DNA from: Mobula hypostoma
Taxonomy: Eukaryota
Length of the DNA stretch: 64,000 nucleotides
Direction: 5' to 3'
Assembly: GCF_963921235.1 (NCBI RefSeq)
Contig: NC_086100.1
Span: 168,518,001-168,582,000 of the forward strand
The position numbers were made by a program, and so were the translations under genes. The notes under the pieces were generated by a model that did not search any database, was not told the DNA's origin, and was given only the letters and a program-made list of their open reading frames with translations. This document shows positions 38,563 through 49,927 of the stretch, piece by piece. Each line of letters starts with the position of its first letter. The first letter of the stretch is position 1.

Positions 38563-38815
38563 AAATGAATAAACAGTCGACATTTCGGGCCAAGACCTTT
38601 CTTCAGGACTGAGCAGGAAGGGGGAAGATGCCAGAATATAAAGGTGGGGGAGGGGAAGGAGGACTAGCTAGAAGATGATTGGTGCAGCCAGGTGGGTGGG
38701 GAAGGTCAAGAGCTGAAGAAGGAGGAAGCTGACTGGAGAGGAGACTGGACCATGGGAGAAAGGGAAGGAGGAGAGGCACCAGAGGAGGTGATAGGCAGAT
38801 GAGAAGAAAGTTAAC
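38563..38815 (-). mobile_element. Penelope-like terminal repeat (its other half is at 35581-35622, split by the CR1 insertion)
   Basis: 35581-35622 (ACACACAAGATGCTGGAGGAACTCAGCAGGTCAGGCAGC) and 38563 onward (AAATGAATAAACAGTCGAC...) are adjacent in uninterrupted copies at 10308 and 17755. Confidence 0.75.
38574..38611 (-). ncRNA. Minimal type-I hammerhead ribozyme motif (Penelope-type)
   Basis: Minus strand CAGTC-CTGAAGA-AAGGTCTTGGCCC-GAAA-TGTC-GACTG: helix I CAGTC/GACTG, CUGANGA and GAAA boxes, a short helix II, and a GUC cleavage triplet. Confidence 0.65.
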
Positions 38816-38984
38816 AGGTCACACATTTAAGATGAAAGCGACTGAAACTTTTTGGTTCAGGGGCAGTTAGTCTTTTGGAATCTGGAACACCGCTATCCAA
38901 AGGGCAGAGGAAGCAGAGTGCTGGTATATCTTTGAAAGATTCTTGCTACCATCTGGATTAACCTCTGGTCAGGCTGGATCTGGA

Positions 38985-39376
38985 GCACTGCATTTAATTC
39001 TTATAGGAAGGACCTGGGGGCTTTTGAGAAGGCTCGGCAGAAATCTAGCAGGATTCTGCCTAGATTAGAGGGCACGTGCTTTGAGGAGAGATTGGACAAA
39101 TATGTATTAGTTTCTCTGGAGCCTCAGAAGCTGAAGGGAAGACCTGAAGAGGTTTATAAAATAATGAGAGGCATAGATAGATATCTTTTCCCCAAGGCCA
39201 AATGTCTAATTATAGAGGGCATGAACTTAAGGTGAGAGGGGAGGGGGAAATGTTCAGAGGAGATGAAACAAGATTTTTACACAGACTGGTGGGTGCCTGG
39301 AATGTGGAGACACGGGTGGCAGTGGATGCAAATACATTAGAAGTGTTTAAGAAATTCTTATGTAGGCACATGAATG
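38985..39376 (+). mobile_element. CR1 LINE 3' fragment (continues at 41071-41200 after the L2 insertion)
   Basis: YRKDL..FEKA, EERLDK and GGGCATGAACTTAAGGTGAGAGG motifs. Confidence 0.75.
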
Positions 39377-41070
39377 CAATAATAGCAATAATTTATTTAT
39401 AGAGCTCTTTTCATACAGACGATGTAGTTCAAAGTGTTTTACAATGGGATAAAGTGCAAACATGAAAATAAAAGACAAGAAGATGTTAGTTAAAAGCAAG
39501 TTTCAATAAATAGGTTTTGAGCTGGTGTTTAAAAGTATCAACTGAGTCTGCATCCTTTATAATTTTAGGTATTCAAATTCAGAGATTAGGAGCGTAATCA
39601 AAAAAATTGACCTGCCAGTTATCTTTTGAAGAGATTGTTTAAAGAGAGCAGTGGAAGAAGACCTGAGACCTCGATCAGGATTATAAAACAAAAGCGATTC
39701 TGTGATGTACTCTAGTCCCAGACCATTGAGAGCTTTAAAAACAAGAGAACTTCAAAATCAATTCTAAAAGATACAGGAAGACAATGCAGAGTAGCTAGGA
39801 TCGGAGTGATATGCTCTCTCATCCTGGTTTTAATTAAAAGTCTAGTTGCGGAGTAGTGAATGAGTTGAAGTTTGTCAAGAGTTTGCTTCAGTAGGCCAGT
39901 ACAAAAGAGGATTGCAGTCATCTAGTCAAATCAATATAAAGATCCGAGTTAGTTTTTCAGCATCATATGTGACAGAAATGGACAGACCTTTGCAATATTT
40001 CTAAAGCGTAGAAATGCCCCTGTTTACTTTTCTTTGTGTGTGATTTAAAACTCAAATCTGAATCAAGGATAACACCGAGGCTTGTTACTTCTGATTATAC
40101 AAGGGGAGCCAAGTTCCCTAGTTTATCTCCTTTGGCTTTGAGTCCAACCAAAAGTATTTCAGTTTTATCTTCATTTAGTTTTAGGAAATTATTGCTCATC
40201 CATTTGTTTATTGCTGTCATACCAGAAGTCAGAGAAGATAGAGTGTTAATCATTAGGCTCAACCGAGATATACAATTGTGTATCATCTGCATAATTGTGG
40301 AAATGAAGTTTACGCTCTTGAATGATGCCTCCTAAGCAGAGCATGTGTAAGGAGACGAATGGGGGACCAAGACAGTTTCCCTGAGGAACACCAAAAGGTA
40401 CATCGTATCTCTTAGAAAACTGGCCTCCAAAACAGACAAAAATTTTCTCTCTGAGACGCATAAACAAAACCAATTAAGGGCATTACCCGAGAGGTCAAGC
40501 CAGCTCTCAAGGTGATCTGCGAGAATGTGATCAATTATGTCGAAGGCAGCTCCCTAGATCTAGAGGAATTAGAACTGAGACTCTGTTGGCATCAGTGCTG
40601 GGCCTAAGATTGCTAACGATTTTGCAAGGGTTGTCTTCATTTTGTGGTTTGCTCTAAAACCTGACCAAAGCTTTTTCAGAAAGTTGTTGAATTGGTTAAA
40701 AATGAATTTCTGAAGATTCTTGCCCAGGAAGGGAAGATTTGATGTCGGCCTGTAGTTTAGCTAGTACCTCGTCATAAGGGTTTGGCTTTTTAAGTAGGGG
40801 TCACACTTTTGAAGTCATCTGGAAAATCTCCAGTTTCAAGGGATTTGTTAGTAATTTTCCGAACAGAACTGAAAACATTATTACATGAGTCCTTAAAAAG
40901 TATGGTAGGGACAGGATCGAGACAGCAATAGACTCTTTGTTACAATCTGAATCAGAAATACTTGTAAATTCTGGCACGGTTGCTGTCTTGTTACAAGGTT
41001 GGCGTTAGAGGTTGCCAGTATTTGTAGCTATACTCTCCCTAATGGAAGTAATTAGGTTGATAAAAAAAAT
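39377..41070 (-). mobile_element. L2-clade LINE, RT to 3' end, decayed
   Basis: GVPQGNCLGP, HNYADDTQLYIS, FLKLNEDKTEILLVG and REHITPILATLHCLPV; L2-type 3' tail; flanked by a TGAATG duplication. Confidence 0.9.
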
Positions 41071-41614
41071 GTGAATGTGGAGAGAACGGAGGAATTATGG
41101 ACGTGTAGGCAGAAAGGACAAGTTTAGCTACGCATTTAATCAATAGCATGACTAACTTAAAACATCATGTTCCTGTCCTGTACTGTGCTTTCTTCTACGT
41201 TAGGCTACTGAGGGTGGCTGGGAATGTACAGCTGAGATCATATTAAAGAGTAAATTGGACAATCAAACAGCCACACCTAATTCATGCAGCCAACTCCCAG
41301 CATTTGTTTGGAACAGTGTAGGGATCATTCACAGGACTGTTCCATATGGATGGGAGAACCTCCAGCCATGCCCTGCACCCTCAGAGCCATGCAGGGGTGT
41401 TACTGATGTCACAGTGATGTCATTACCACCCTGGGATTGCGGCTCTATTTTCTGCAGTGGGACTAGAACCTCTGACCCCCTGACCAAGCAAGGAAGCGCA
41501 ACCCACTGAGCCACAGTTAGGCGGTGGGGAGCTGTGGCCAGTCCCAGTGCCATTGGTCCAGGTTGACAGGGACAGAACCTGCCAGTGTGGTGGTCGCGAG
41601 TGTTTGGACTGAGA

Positions 41615-44600
41615 GTCACAGCCGACCTCAGGGCCCCCATTCACTGCATTCCCCACATCGCTGTCCCTACAATCTACCTCAGCACCCCCATTGACTGCAT
41701 TCTCCACATCGCTGTCCCTACAATCTACCTCAGCACCCTCATTCACTGTATTCTCCACGTCACTGTCCCTACAATCTACCTCAGCACCCACATTCACTGC
41801 ATTCCCCATATCGCTGTCCCTACAATCTACCTCAGCACCCCCATTCACTGCATTCTCCACGTCACTGTCCCTACAATCTACCTCAGCACCCCCATTCACT
41901 GTATTCTCCACGTCACTGTCCCTACAATCTACCTCAGCACCCACATTCACTGCATTCCCCATATCGCTGTCCCTACAATCTACCTCAGCACCCCCATTCA
42001 CTGCATTCTCCACGTCACTGTCCCTACAATCTACCTCAGCACCCCCATTCACTGTATTCTCCACATCGCTGTCCCTACAATCTACCTCAGCACCCCCATT
42101 CACTGCATTCTCCACGTCACTGTCACTACAATCTACCTCAGCACCCCCATTCACTGTATTCCCCAGATCACTATCCCTACAATCTACCTCAGCACCCTCA
42201 TTCACTGCATTCCCCATATCGCTGTCCCTACAATCTACCTCAGTGCTCCCATTCACTGCATTCCCCATATCGCTGTCCGTACAATCTACCTCAGCACCCC
42301 CATTCACTGCATTCCCCATATCGCTGACCCTACAATCTACCTCAGCTCCCTCATTCACTGCATTCCCCATATCGCTGACCCTACAATCTACCTCAGCACC
42401 CCCATTCACTGCATTCTCCACGTCGCTGTCCCTACAATCTACCTCAGCACCCTCAATCACTGTATTCTCCAGGTCACTGTCCCTACAATCTACCTCAGCT
42501 CCCTCATTCACTGTATTCCCCATATCGTGTCCCTACAATCTACCTCAGCACCCCCATTCACTGTATTCTCCAGGTCACTGTCCCTACAATCTATCTCAGT
42601 GCCCCCATTCACTGCATTCCCCATATCGCTGTCCCTACAATCTACCTCAGCTCCCTCATTCACTGCATTCCCCACATCGCTGTCCCTACAATCTACCTCA
42701 GCTCCCTCATTCACTGCATTCCCCATATCGCTGTCCCTACAATCTACCTCAGCACCCCCATTCACTGCATTCTCCACGTCGCTGTCCCTACAATCTATCT
42801 CAGCACCCCCATTCACTGCATTCCCCATATCGCTGACCCTACAATCTACCTCAGTGCCCCCATTCACTGCATTCTCCACATCACTGTCCCTACAATCTAC
42901 CTCAGCACCCCCATTCACTGTATTCCCCATATCGCTGTTCCTACAATCTACCTCAGCACCCCCACTCCCTGCATTCCCCATATCGCTGACCCTACAATCT
43001 ACCTCAGTGCCCCCATTCACTGCATTCTCCACATCGCTGTCCCTACAATCTACCTCAGCACCCCCATTCACTGCATTCTCCACGTCACTGTCACTACAAT
43101 CTACCTCAGCACCCCCATTCACTGCATTCTCCACGTCGCTGTCCCTACAATCTACCTCAGCACCCTCAATCACTGTATTCTCCAGGTCACTGTCCCTACA
43201 ATCTACCTCAGCTCCCTCATTCACTGTATTCCCCATATCGTGTCCCTACAATCTACCTCAGCACCCCCATTCACTGTATTCTCCAGGTCACTGTCCCTAC
43301 AATCTATCTCAGTGCCCCCATTCACTGCATTCCCCATATCGCTGTCCCTACAATCTACCTCAGCTCCCTCATTCACTGCATTCCCCATATCGCTGTCCCT
43401 ACAATCTACCTCAGCTCCCTCATTCACTGCATTCCCCACATCGCTGTCCCTACAATCTACCTCAGCTCCCTCATTCACTGCATTCCCCATATCGCTGTCC
43501 CTACAATCTACCTCAGCACCCCCATTCACTGTATTCTCCAGGTCACTGTCCCTACAATCTACCTCAGCACCCCCATTCACTGCATTCCCCATATCGCTGT
43601 CCCTACAATCTACCTCAGTGCCCCCATTCACTGTATTCTCCACGTCGCTGTCCCTACAATGTATCAGACCCCCATTCACTGTATTCTCCACATCACTGTC
43701 CCTACAATCTACCTCAGCACCCTCAATCACTGTATTCTCCAGGTCACTGTCCCTTCAATCTACCTCAGCTCCCTCATTCACTGTATTCCCCATATCGTGT
43801 CCCTACAATCTACCTCAGCACCCCCATTCACTGTATTCTCCAGGTCACTGTCCCTACAATCTATCTCAGTGCCCCCATTCACTGCATTCCCCATATCGCT
43901 GTCCCTACAATCTACCTCAGCTCCCTCATTCACTGCATTCCCCACATCGCTGTCCCTACAATCTACCTCAGCTCCCTCATTCACTGCATTCCCCATATCG
44001 CTGTCCCTACAATCTACCTCAGCACCCCCATTCACTGCATTCTCCACGTCGCTGTCCCTACAATCTACCTCAGCACCCCCATTCACTGCATTCCCCATAT
44101 CGCTGTCCCTACAATCTACCTCAGCACCCCCATTCACTGCATTCCCCATATCGCTGACCCTACAATCTACCTCAGTGCCCCCATTCACTGCATTCTCCAC
44201 ATCACTGTCCCTACAATCTACCTCAGCACCCCCATTCACTGTATTCCCCATATCGCTGTTCCTACAATCTACCTCAGCACCCCCACTCCCTGCATTCCCC
44301 ATATCGCTGACCCTACAATCTACCTCAGTGCCCCCATTCACTGCATTCTCCACATCGCTGTCCCTACAATCTACCTCAGCACCCCCATTCACTGCATTCT
44401 CCACGTCACTGTCACTACAATCTACCTCAGCACCCCCATTCACTGCATTCTCCACGTCGCTGTCCCTACAATCTACCTCAGCACCCTCAATCACTGTATT
44501 CTCCAGGTCACTGTCCCTACAATCTACCTCAGCTCCCTCATTCACTGTATTCCCCATATCGTGTCCCTACAATCTACCTCAGCACCCCCATTCACTGTAT

Positions 44601-44990
44601 TCTCCAGGTCACTGTCCCTACAATCTATCTCAGTGCCCCCATTCACTGCATTCCCCATATCGCTGTCCCTACAATCTACCTCAGCTCCCTCATTCACTGC
44701 ATTCCCCACATCGCTGTCCCTACAATCTACCTCAGCACCCCCATTCACTGCATTCCCCATATCGCTGTCCCTACAATCTACCTCAGCACCCCCATTCACT
44801 GTATTCTCCACATCGCTGTCCCTACAATCTACCTCAGCACCCCCATTCACTGCATTCCCCATATCGCTGTCCCTACAATCTACCTCAGTGCCCCCATTCA
44901 CTGTATTCTCCACGTCGCTGTCCCTACAATGTATCAGACCCCCATTCACTGTATTCTCCACATCACTGTCCCTACAATGTATCAGACCCT
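41615..44990. repeat. 51-bp minisatellite, ~66 copies, with a higher-order block duplication
   Basis: Consensus CCTACAATCTACCTCAGCACCCCCATTCACTGCATTCCCCATATCGCTGTC; 50-bp variant units near 42527, 43240, 43797 and 44561. Confidence 0.99.
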
Positions 44991-45514
44991 AGCGAGGCCA
45001 CAATATGTACTCAAGCAAATACTCTCCTTCCTCCCCATTAAACCTAAAAATACGCCCTGGCGTCCTACAGACAGTCAAAAGAAATCACTGGTTAAATTGC
45101 TGCCCACCAATCCCTCTTCACTGAGTCAGATTCCCCCATGGGGGTCAGTCCAAATGCCCAACTTTAGGATTTTAGTTAACGTAGGACTCCATTTCCGCTT
45201 CAGTACCTGTGAGTATAATTGTGTACAAGTTTAAGTGTGTCACTGTGTATTAGTGCCTCACAGTGAACCGCTGTCTTGCTGGGTGTGTACATGTGGAAAT
45301 TGGCTTGAGCTATCTGTAGGAGGGAATGAGCAGATGAGAGGATGTCAGAGGGGATTCTGTTCAGGGGGTTGTGGTGTCTGTGCGTGTGGGTATAGAGGTG
45401 GCTGTGAATCTGGGAGTATGGTATTGCTGGCGTGTTAGTCTGGATGCGCCCGTATGCATGCCTATGCGTGTGATTGTGTCTGTCTCTTGTACCCAGCACC
45501 GACCACCTGTGAGC

Positions 45515-45618
45515 TTATGTTGGACGGGTGGGCAGGTGAATTAATTCCACAGCCTCCAGGGAAGGAATTTTGGACTCGGGATGTTTCCAGGGGTCCCTCC
45601 TCACTCTGGAACATCCGG
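45515..45618 (-). CDS. Candidate exon 7 (possibly terminal) of an unidentified minus-strand gene
   Basis: Acceptor CTGATGTGTCATCTTTTACAG|. The phase-1 frame reads AGCSRVRRDPWKHPESKIPSLEAVELIHLPTRPT*; the phase-2 frame is also open. Confidence 0.4.
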
Positions 45619-45850
45619 CTGTAAAAGATGACACATCAGTTACATTCACTGAGCAGACACATGTTCAACTATCAGATGACACTGTGGGACGGATGAAAGT
45701 GAGGGAGTGCCGTACTATGGGAGGGGTGGCACTGAGGGAGCTTCTCACTGTGGGAGGGGTGATGATGAAGGGGTGCCTCAGTATGGGGAATGTCACACTG
45801 GAGAAGATCTGGATCCAAGTTAAGTAGATGAAGACAAGATATTGACCAAC

Positions 45851-46040
45851 CATTATTGAATTGTGACAGAGTAGGGTCAGGGGTTGAATGACCTCCCTCT
45901 TCCCCCAGCCAGTCTTTGCCTCCTGTACCCGCTTGGCTGTCGAGTTCAGGGGCGAGGAACACTGCTTTATTTTGGAGACCATGATTGCCCATGTCATATG
46001 ATACGTCCCATAATGACGATGATGACCTCACTAGGCCTCT
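45851..46040 (-). CDS. Candidate exon 6 (190 nt, phase 0-1): RGLVRSSSSLWDVSYDMGNHG...LSQFNN
   Basis: Weak acceptor ATACAG| and donor ATG|GTTGGT. Only one frame is open, and it is compatible with the flanking exons. Confidence 0.35.
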
Positions 46041-46391
46041 CTGTATATGTGGCCTGATGGAACTTTGTAATGTGCATTTCATCAAGCTTTTGGTTATGGG
46101 TAACTTATAAAAGCAGGTTATTAAATTATTTTTTGTTTAAAATGAATTAAATTATTAACAAATCCATGTCAAAGTAACCTGGTGAAAAACAGAAATGAAA
46201 TATTTAACTAATCCCAAAATAAAAGCTGAAAATGCTGGAAACACTCAGCCGGTCAGGCTGCGTCTGTGGAGAGAAACGGTTATGTTTTCTGGCTGATGAG
46301 CTAAGACTTGGCACAGCCTTGAAGAACTGCACCTTATCCTCTGACTGGACACCCAACAGTCCACGGGGCTCAACACGGAACACAACTTTAC

Positions 46392-46545
46392 CTTCTCTGG
46401 TGATGGGGTCGGCAACGTGACACCTGCTGCTGAGATCCGGGAAGTGGATTCCCTCCCTCTCAGGTCTCCAAGCCTCCCGCTGCTTCCTGCCAGAGTTTCC
46501 CATTCTCTCCAGCTGGGCGTAACTATCTGCCTTCTTGTGTTGGAG
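46392..46545 (-). CDS. Candidate exon 5 (154 nt, phase 2-0): SNTRRQIVTPSWREWETLAG...PSPEK
   Basis: Branch-like CTAAT, pyrimidine tract CCCCCCTGACCCTTCTGCCTCAG|, and donor AAG|GTAAAG. Two frames are open. Confidence 0.5.
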
Positions 46546-46999
46546 CTGAGGCAGAAGGGTCAGGGGGGCAAGCATTAGTGAGGGAATTTACCCAGTAATC
46601 TCCAGCCATTTTGTGCACACAAGAGTCCATTACACTACACACCACAGCAACACACTGATGAGCAGTGAGGTACTACCCCACGCAGTACACCAAGGGGAGG
46701 AGACGTGTTCGCATAATATATTCAAATCTCAGCGAGGGCGAGAAAGAGACTTACTGAAACTGTCCACGGTTGAGGGATTCTGGCCCGGCAGTGCCTGGAA
46801 AAACTGGGGCTGTCCTACTTTCCATAGTCAAAGGAAGAGGCCATTTGGCCACGAGTGTATTCCACCTCTCAGAGCAGTCTAATTCTACTATTAACTCTCC
46901 TCAAATCCCCATAAACTCCCCCCCCAGATTCTAAACCTCATCGAGTGCATCTCAACAGCGAACATCTGAACATCTGAATGTGCATCTGAACATTAGCCT

Positions 47000-48140
47000 A
47001 TTGTTTACTGACTGCAGCTCTGCCTTCAGTACAATAATTCCAAACAAACTCACCTCCAAACTCCTCCATCTAGGATCAATACCTCCCTTTGCAACTTCCT
47101 GACCAATTAATCACAAACCATTAAGGATAGGTGGCAACACCTCCACAGCGATAGTTCTCAGCACTGGCTCTCCACAAGGCCCCTCCGCTCCCTACTCTAC
47201 TGCCAACCCACTCGCAATTACGTGGGCAGATTCTTCGCCAACTCCACGTACAGATTTACAGATGATAACCACCGCAGTGGGCTGTATCTCAAATAATGAT
47301 GAGTTGGAGTTCAAGGAGGTAGAGGGCCTAGTGACATGCTTTCATGACAACAATCTTCTCAATGGCAACAGAAAAACTGGTCATTGACAGCAGGAAGGGA
47401 GGCAGTTCTCATAGTCCTATCTACAACATGGCTAAGCTCAGGTTCCTAGGAGTAAACATCACCAATAGCGAGTCCCAGACATCCCACCTCTCCCGGAAGT
47501 TCCGGGGGTCACCCGCATATTAATAGTGGCCCCCTGATGCCCACAAATTATATACAATATCCCAGAAATCAATTTTTTTGAGAGCAAGTGAGTGTGAGAG
47601 AGAGAGAGAAAGCAAGAGTGAGCGAAAGAGTGCGAGTGACCGCAAGAGAGAGCGAGCGAGAGAGCAAGAGGGCAAGAGGGAGCGAGGGAGTGCGTACGCG
47701 CCATGGCAGAGTGTTCCAAAAAAAGAAAATATAAAACGTACGTCACTCCAGACTGCACTAAAGTGTACCCCTGCCTAATAGGGGTCAAAAATAATGACAG
47801 TGTTGCTCGCTGCACTGTTTGCAACAGTGACTTTTCTATTGCCCATGGTGGGTTAAGACTGGACATGTTGAGGTGAGTTTAACAGGTGTCATTCATTCAT
47901 TAGCATAGCTAATGTTATATAAACTAGCTGGCTAGCTGCTAAGGAGCTACTCTATTGCAGACATCCCACCTCTCCTGGAAGTTCTGGGAGTCTCCTGCAA
48001 ATTGATGGTGCTACCTCCCTGAAATGAGTTTTTGCAGGGTAGGATGTCTGGTGTCCTGATCCAACTACATTGACTATGAAAGCACACCAGAGTTCTCCTT
48101 CCTCAGGAGGCTAAGTAAGTTTGCCATGTCCTCTTTAACC
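47000..48140 (+). mobile_element. Rex1/Babar LINE RT fragment, interrupted by a DNA transposon
   Basis: DCSSAFSTIIPNKL, STGSPQG, RFTDD, RFLGVNITN, and FLRRL after the insertion. Confidence 0.8.
47476..48050. mobile_element. Non-autonomous DNA transposon (MITE-like) with 13-bp TIRs
   Basis: Left end CAGACATCCCACC, right end GGTAGGATGTCTG (1 mismatch); flanks GAGTCC / GTGTCC; the host LINE resumes afterwards. Confidence 0.8.
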
Positions 48141-48824
48141 TTTGGGTGCTTTTGTGTGGAGTTCACACATCTCCCTGCAACCCTCTGGGTTTTCCTCACA
48201 TGGCAAAGGTGGTCAGGGCCAGAGAGTTACAGCGGGCTCTATAAATTGAGGCCCTTGTGTGTAGGTGAGGAGTAGAATTTGTGTGTGGGGGGGGGGCTGT
48301 TAGTGCAATATGGGAAGAAGGGAGGAGAAATGTGCAGAGCTGTGGGAAACTTCCTAAGAGCTGTCACAGGGACCATGGAACAACTGGGCTCCTTCTGTGC
48401 TGCAGGAAGTGCAAATGTCAGCCTGGTGCCCAAATTTGTGGAGCTGGCACCACCTGCTGGCTGCTGAGATACAGCAGGTCATCCGGTTAACATCAGGGAA
48501 ACGGGCTGATGTCGCCCAGCTGGGAGATAGGATGGAGCAGATCTCCCCTCTCACAAAATGGGCAGTACCCCTCTGCTGCTTTAGGAAGCAACTTCAGAAA
48601 TAATGCACCATTGTAATGACAAATTAATGAGGAAAATAAGGTTTTATTTTACTCAGGTACAAGTAGACCTTGTGTTGAGGTCCAGAACATTGAGCTTCAG
48701 TTAGCGGTGCCTGTTTATGGGGTGACTATCCCAGTGCTCAGACCCACTCCATCAATTCTCAGTTGATGACTCGCAAGTTGTTCACAATTCCTGGACGTGT
48801 CACAGGTTGACAATGGCCAAGTAC

Positions 48825-49480
48825 ACAGGAAATCAGGAGCAGGAGTTGGCCACTCGGCCCCTCAACCCTATCCCACCATTTAATGTTATCATGGATGATC
48901 TATGCCAGCCTCAACTCCTCTTTTGTGCAATTTCTTCACACCCCTCCATTCCTCAAATATTTCTCCACCTCCACTAAACACTGCTAAGATGCAGCTTCTG
49001 CCCTCTTTGGGAGCGGAGAAATCCAGAGATCCACCACAGTCTGAGAGGAAGAAGCTTCTACCAACGTCAGTTTTAAATGACTAGCCCCTTGTGTTGTAAC
49101 CATGTCCTCTTGTTTGAGACTCTCTGGGTGAAAACATCCCAATATCAATCCTGTCAAGACCCCCAAGGATCTGATCTGTTTGAATAAAGTCACCCTCATT
49201 CTTCTAAAAGGAATATAGACCCAAACTATTTAGTCTCTCTCAATACAGCAACCTTCGCATCTTAGGATGTAGCCTGGTGAATTTATTTCGATCTGCCTCT
49301 GAAGTGACTATGTTTTTTTAAAATCAGATAAGAGGTCTAAAACTGTTCACAGGTGTGGCACCTCCAACGCCCTGTAGAATTATAAATTTTTTAACTCCAA
49401 CTCCTTTGCAATAAAAACCAAAATCACTTTTACCTTAACTACCTGTTGGACTGCCTGCTAATTGCCTTGTCATTCATATA
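48825..49480 (-). mobile_element. CR1 LINE 3' fragment
   Basis: AGGAGCAGGAGTTGGCCACTCGGCCC tail; AAAGTCACCCTCATTCTTCTAAA (reverse complement of FRRMRVT, a degenerate RRMRGD). Confidence 0.75.
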
Positions 49481-49927
49481 CTAGAATACCTTGAACGCTT
49501 TGTATTTCATTCATTTGCTTTACCTGACTGTCATACACCTGAGGGCTTCTCAGTTCTCCAAATGGACCATGCAGTACCCTCGGGCACAGCTTTAAGTGGT
49601 CGGGTCTGCCTCCTAATCAATACCTCCTGGTGTCTGGACATGAAGTTCCTGCTCACCCAGCTTCAAAGTTCAAAGTAAATTTATTATCGAAGTACGTGTA
49701 TGTCACTACATACAACCCTGAGATTCGTTTTCTTGCAGGTATACACAATAAATCCATAATAGAATAATAACCATACAGAATCAATGAAAGACCTCAGTAC
49801 ACATGAAAATGATTAACAAACTTACCAATTTAGGAACAATCAGCCTTTTGTTTTCTCTTAGAGAACAACATGTGATAAGAACATTGTGAGTAGTCATTTC
49901 CTCTTTGATTGCTGACCCCAGCACCTT

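Noticed and set aside
41585..44992. 1135-aa plus-strand ORF
   Set aside because: All three plus frames of the unit are stop-free by composition, so the ORF changes peptide at each 1-bp deletion. It starts at GTG and has no supporting gene structure.
46500..46530. IVTPSWR resembling the PEHE-domain motif of KANSL1/MSL1
   Set aside because: Only a 5-7 residue similarity, and the downstream acidic and 'RH...E..E' PEHE pattern is absent, so no gene symbol was assigned.
48300..48610. Unique island with several short ORFs
   Set aside because: No convincing donor/acceptor pair or recognisable peptide; possibly regulatory, but unsupported.
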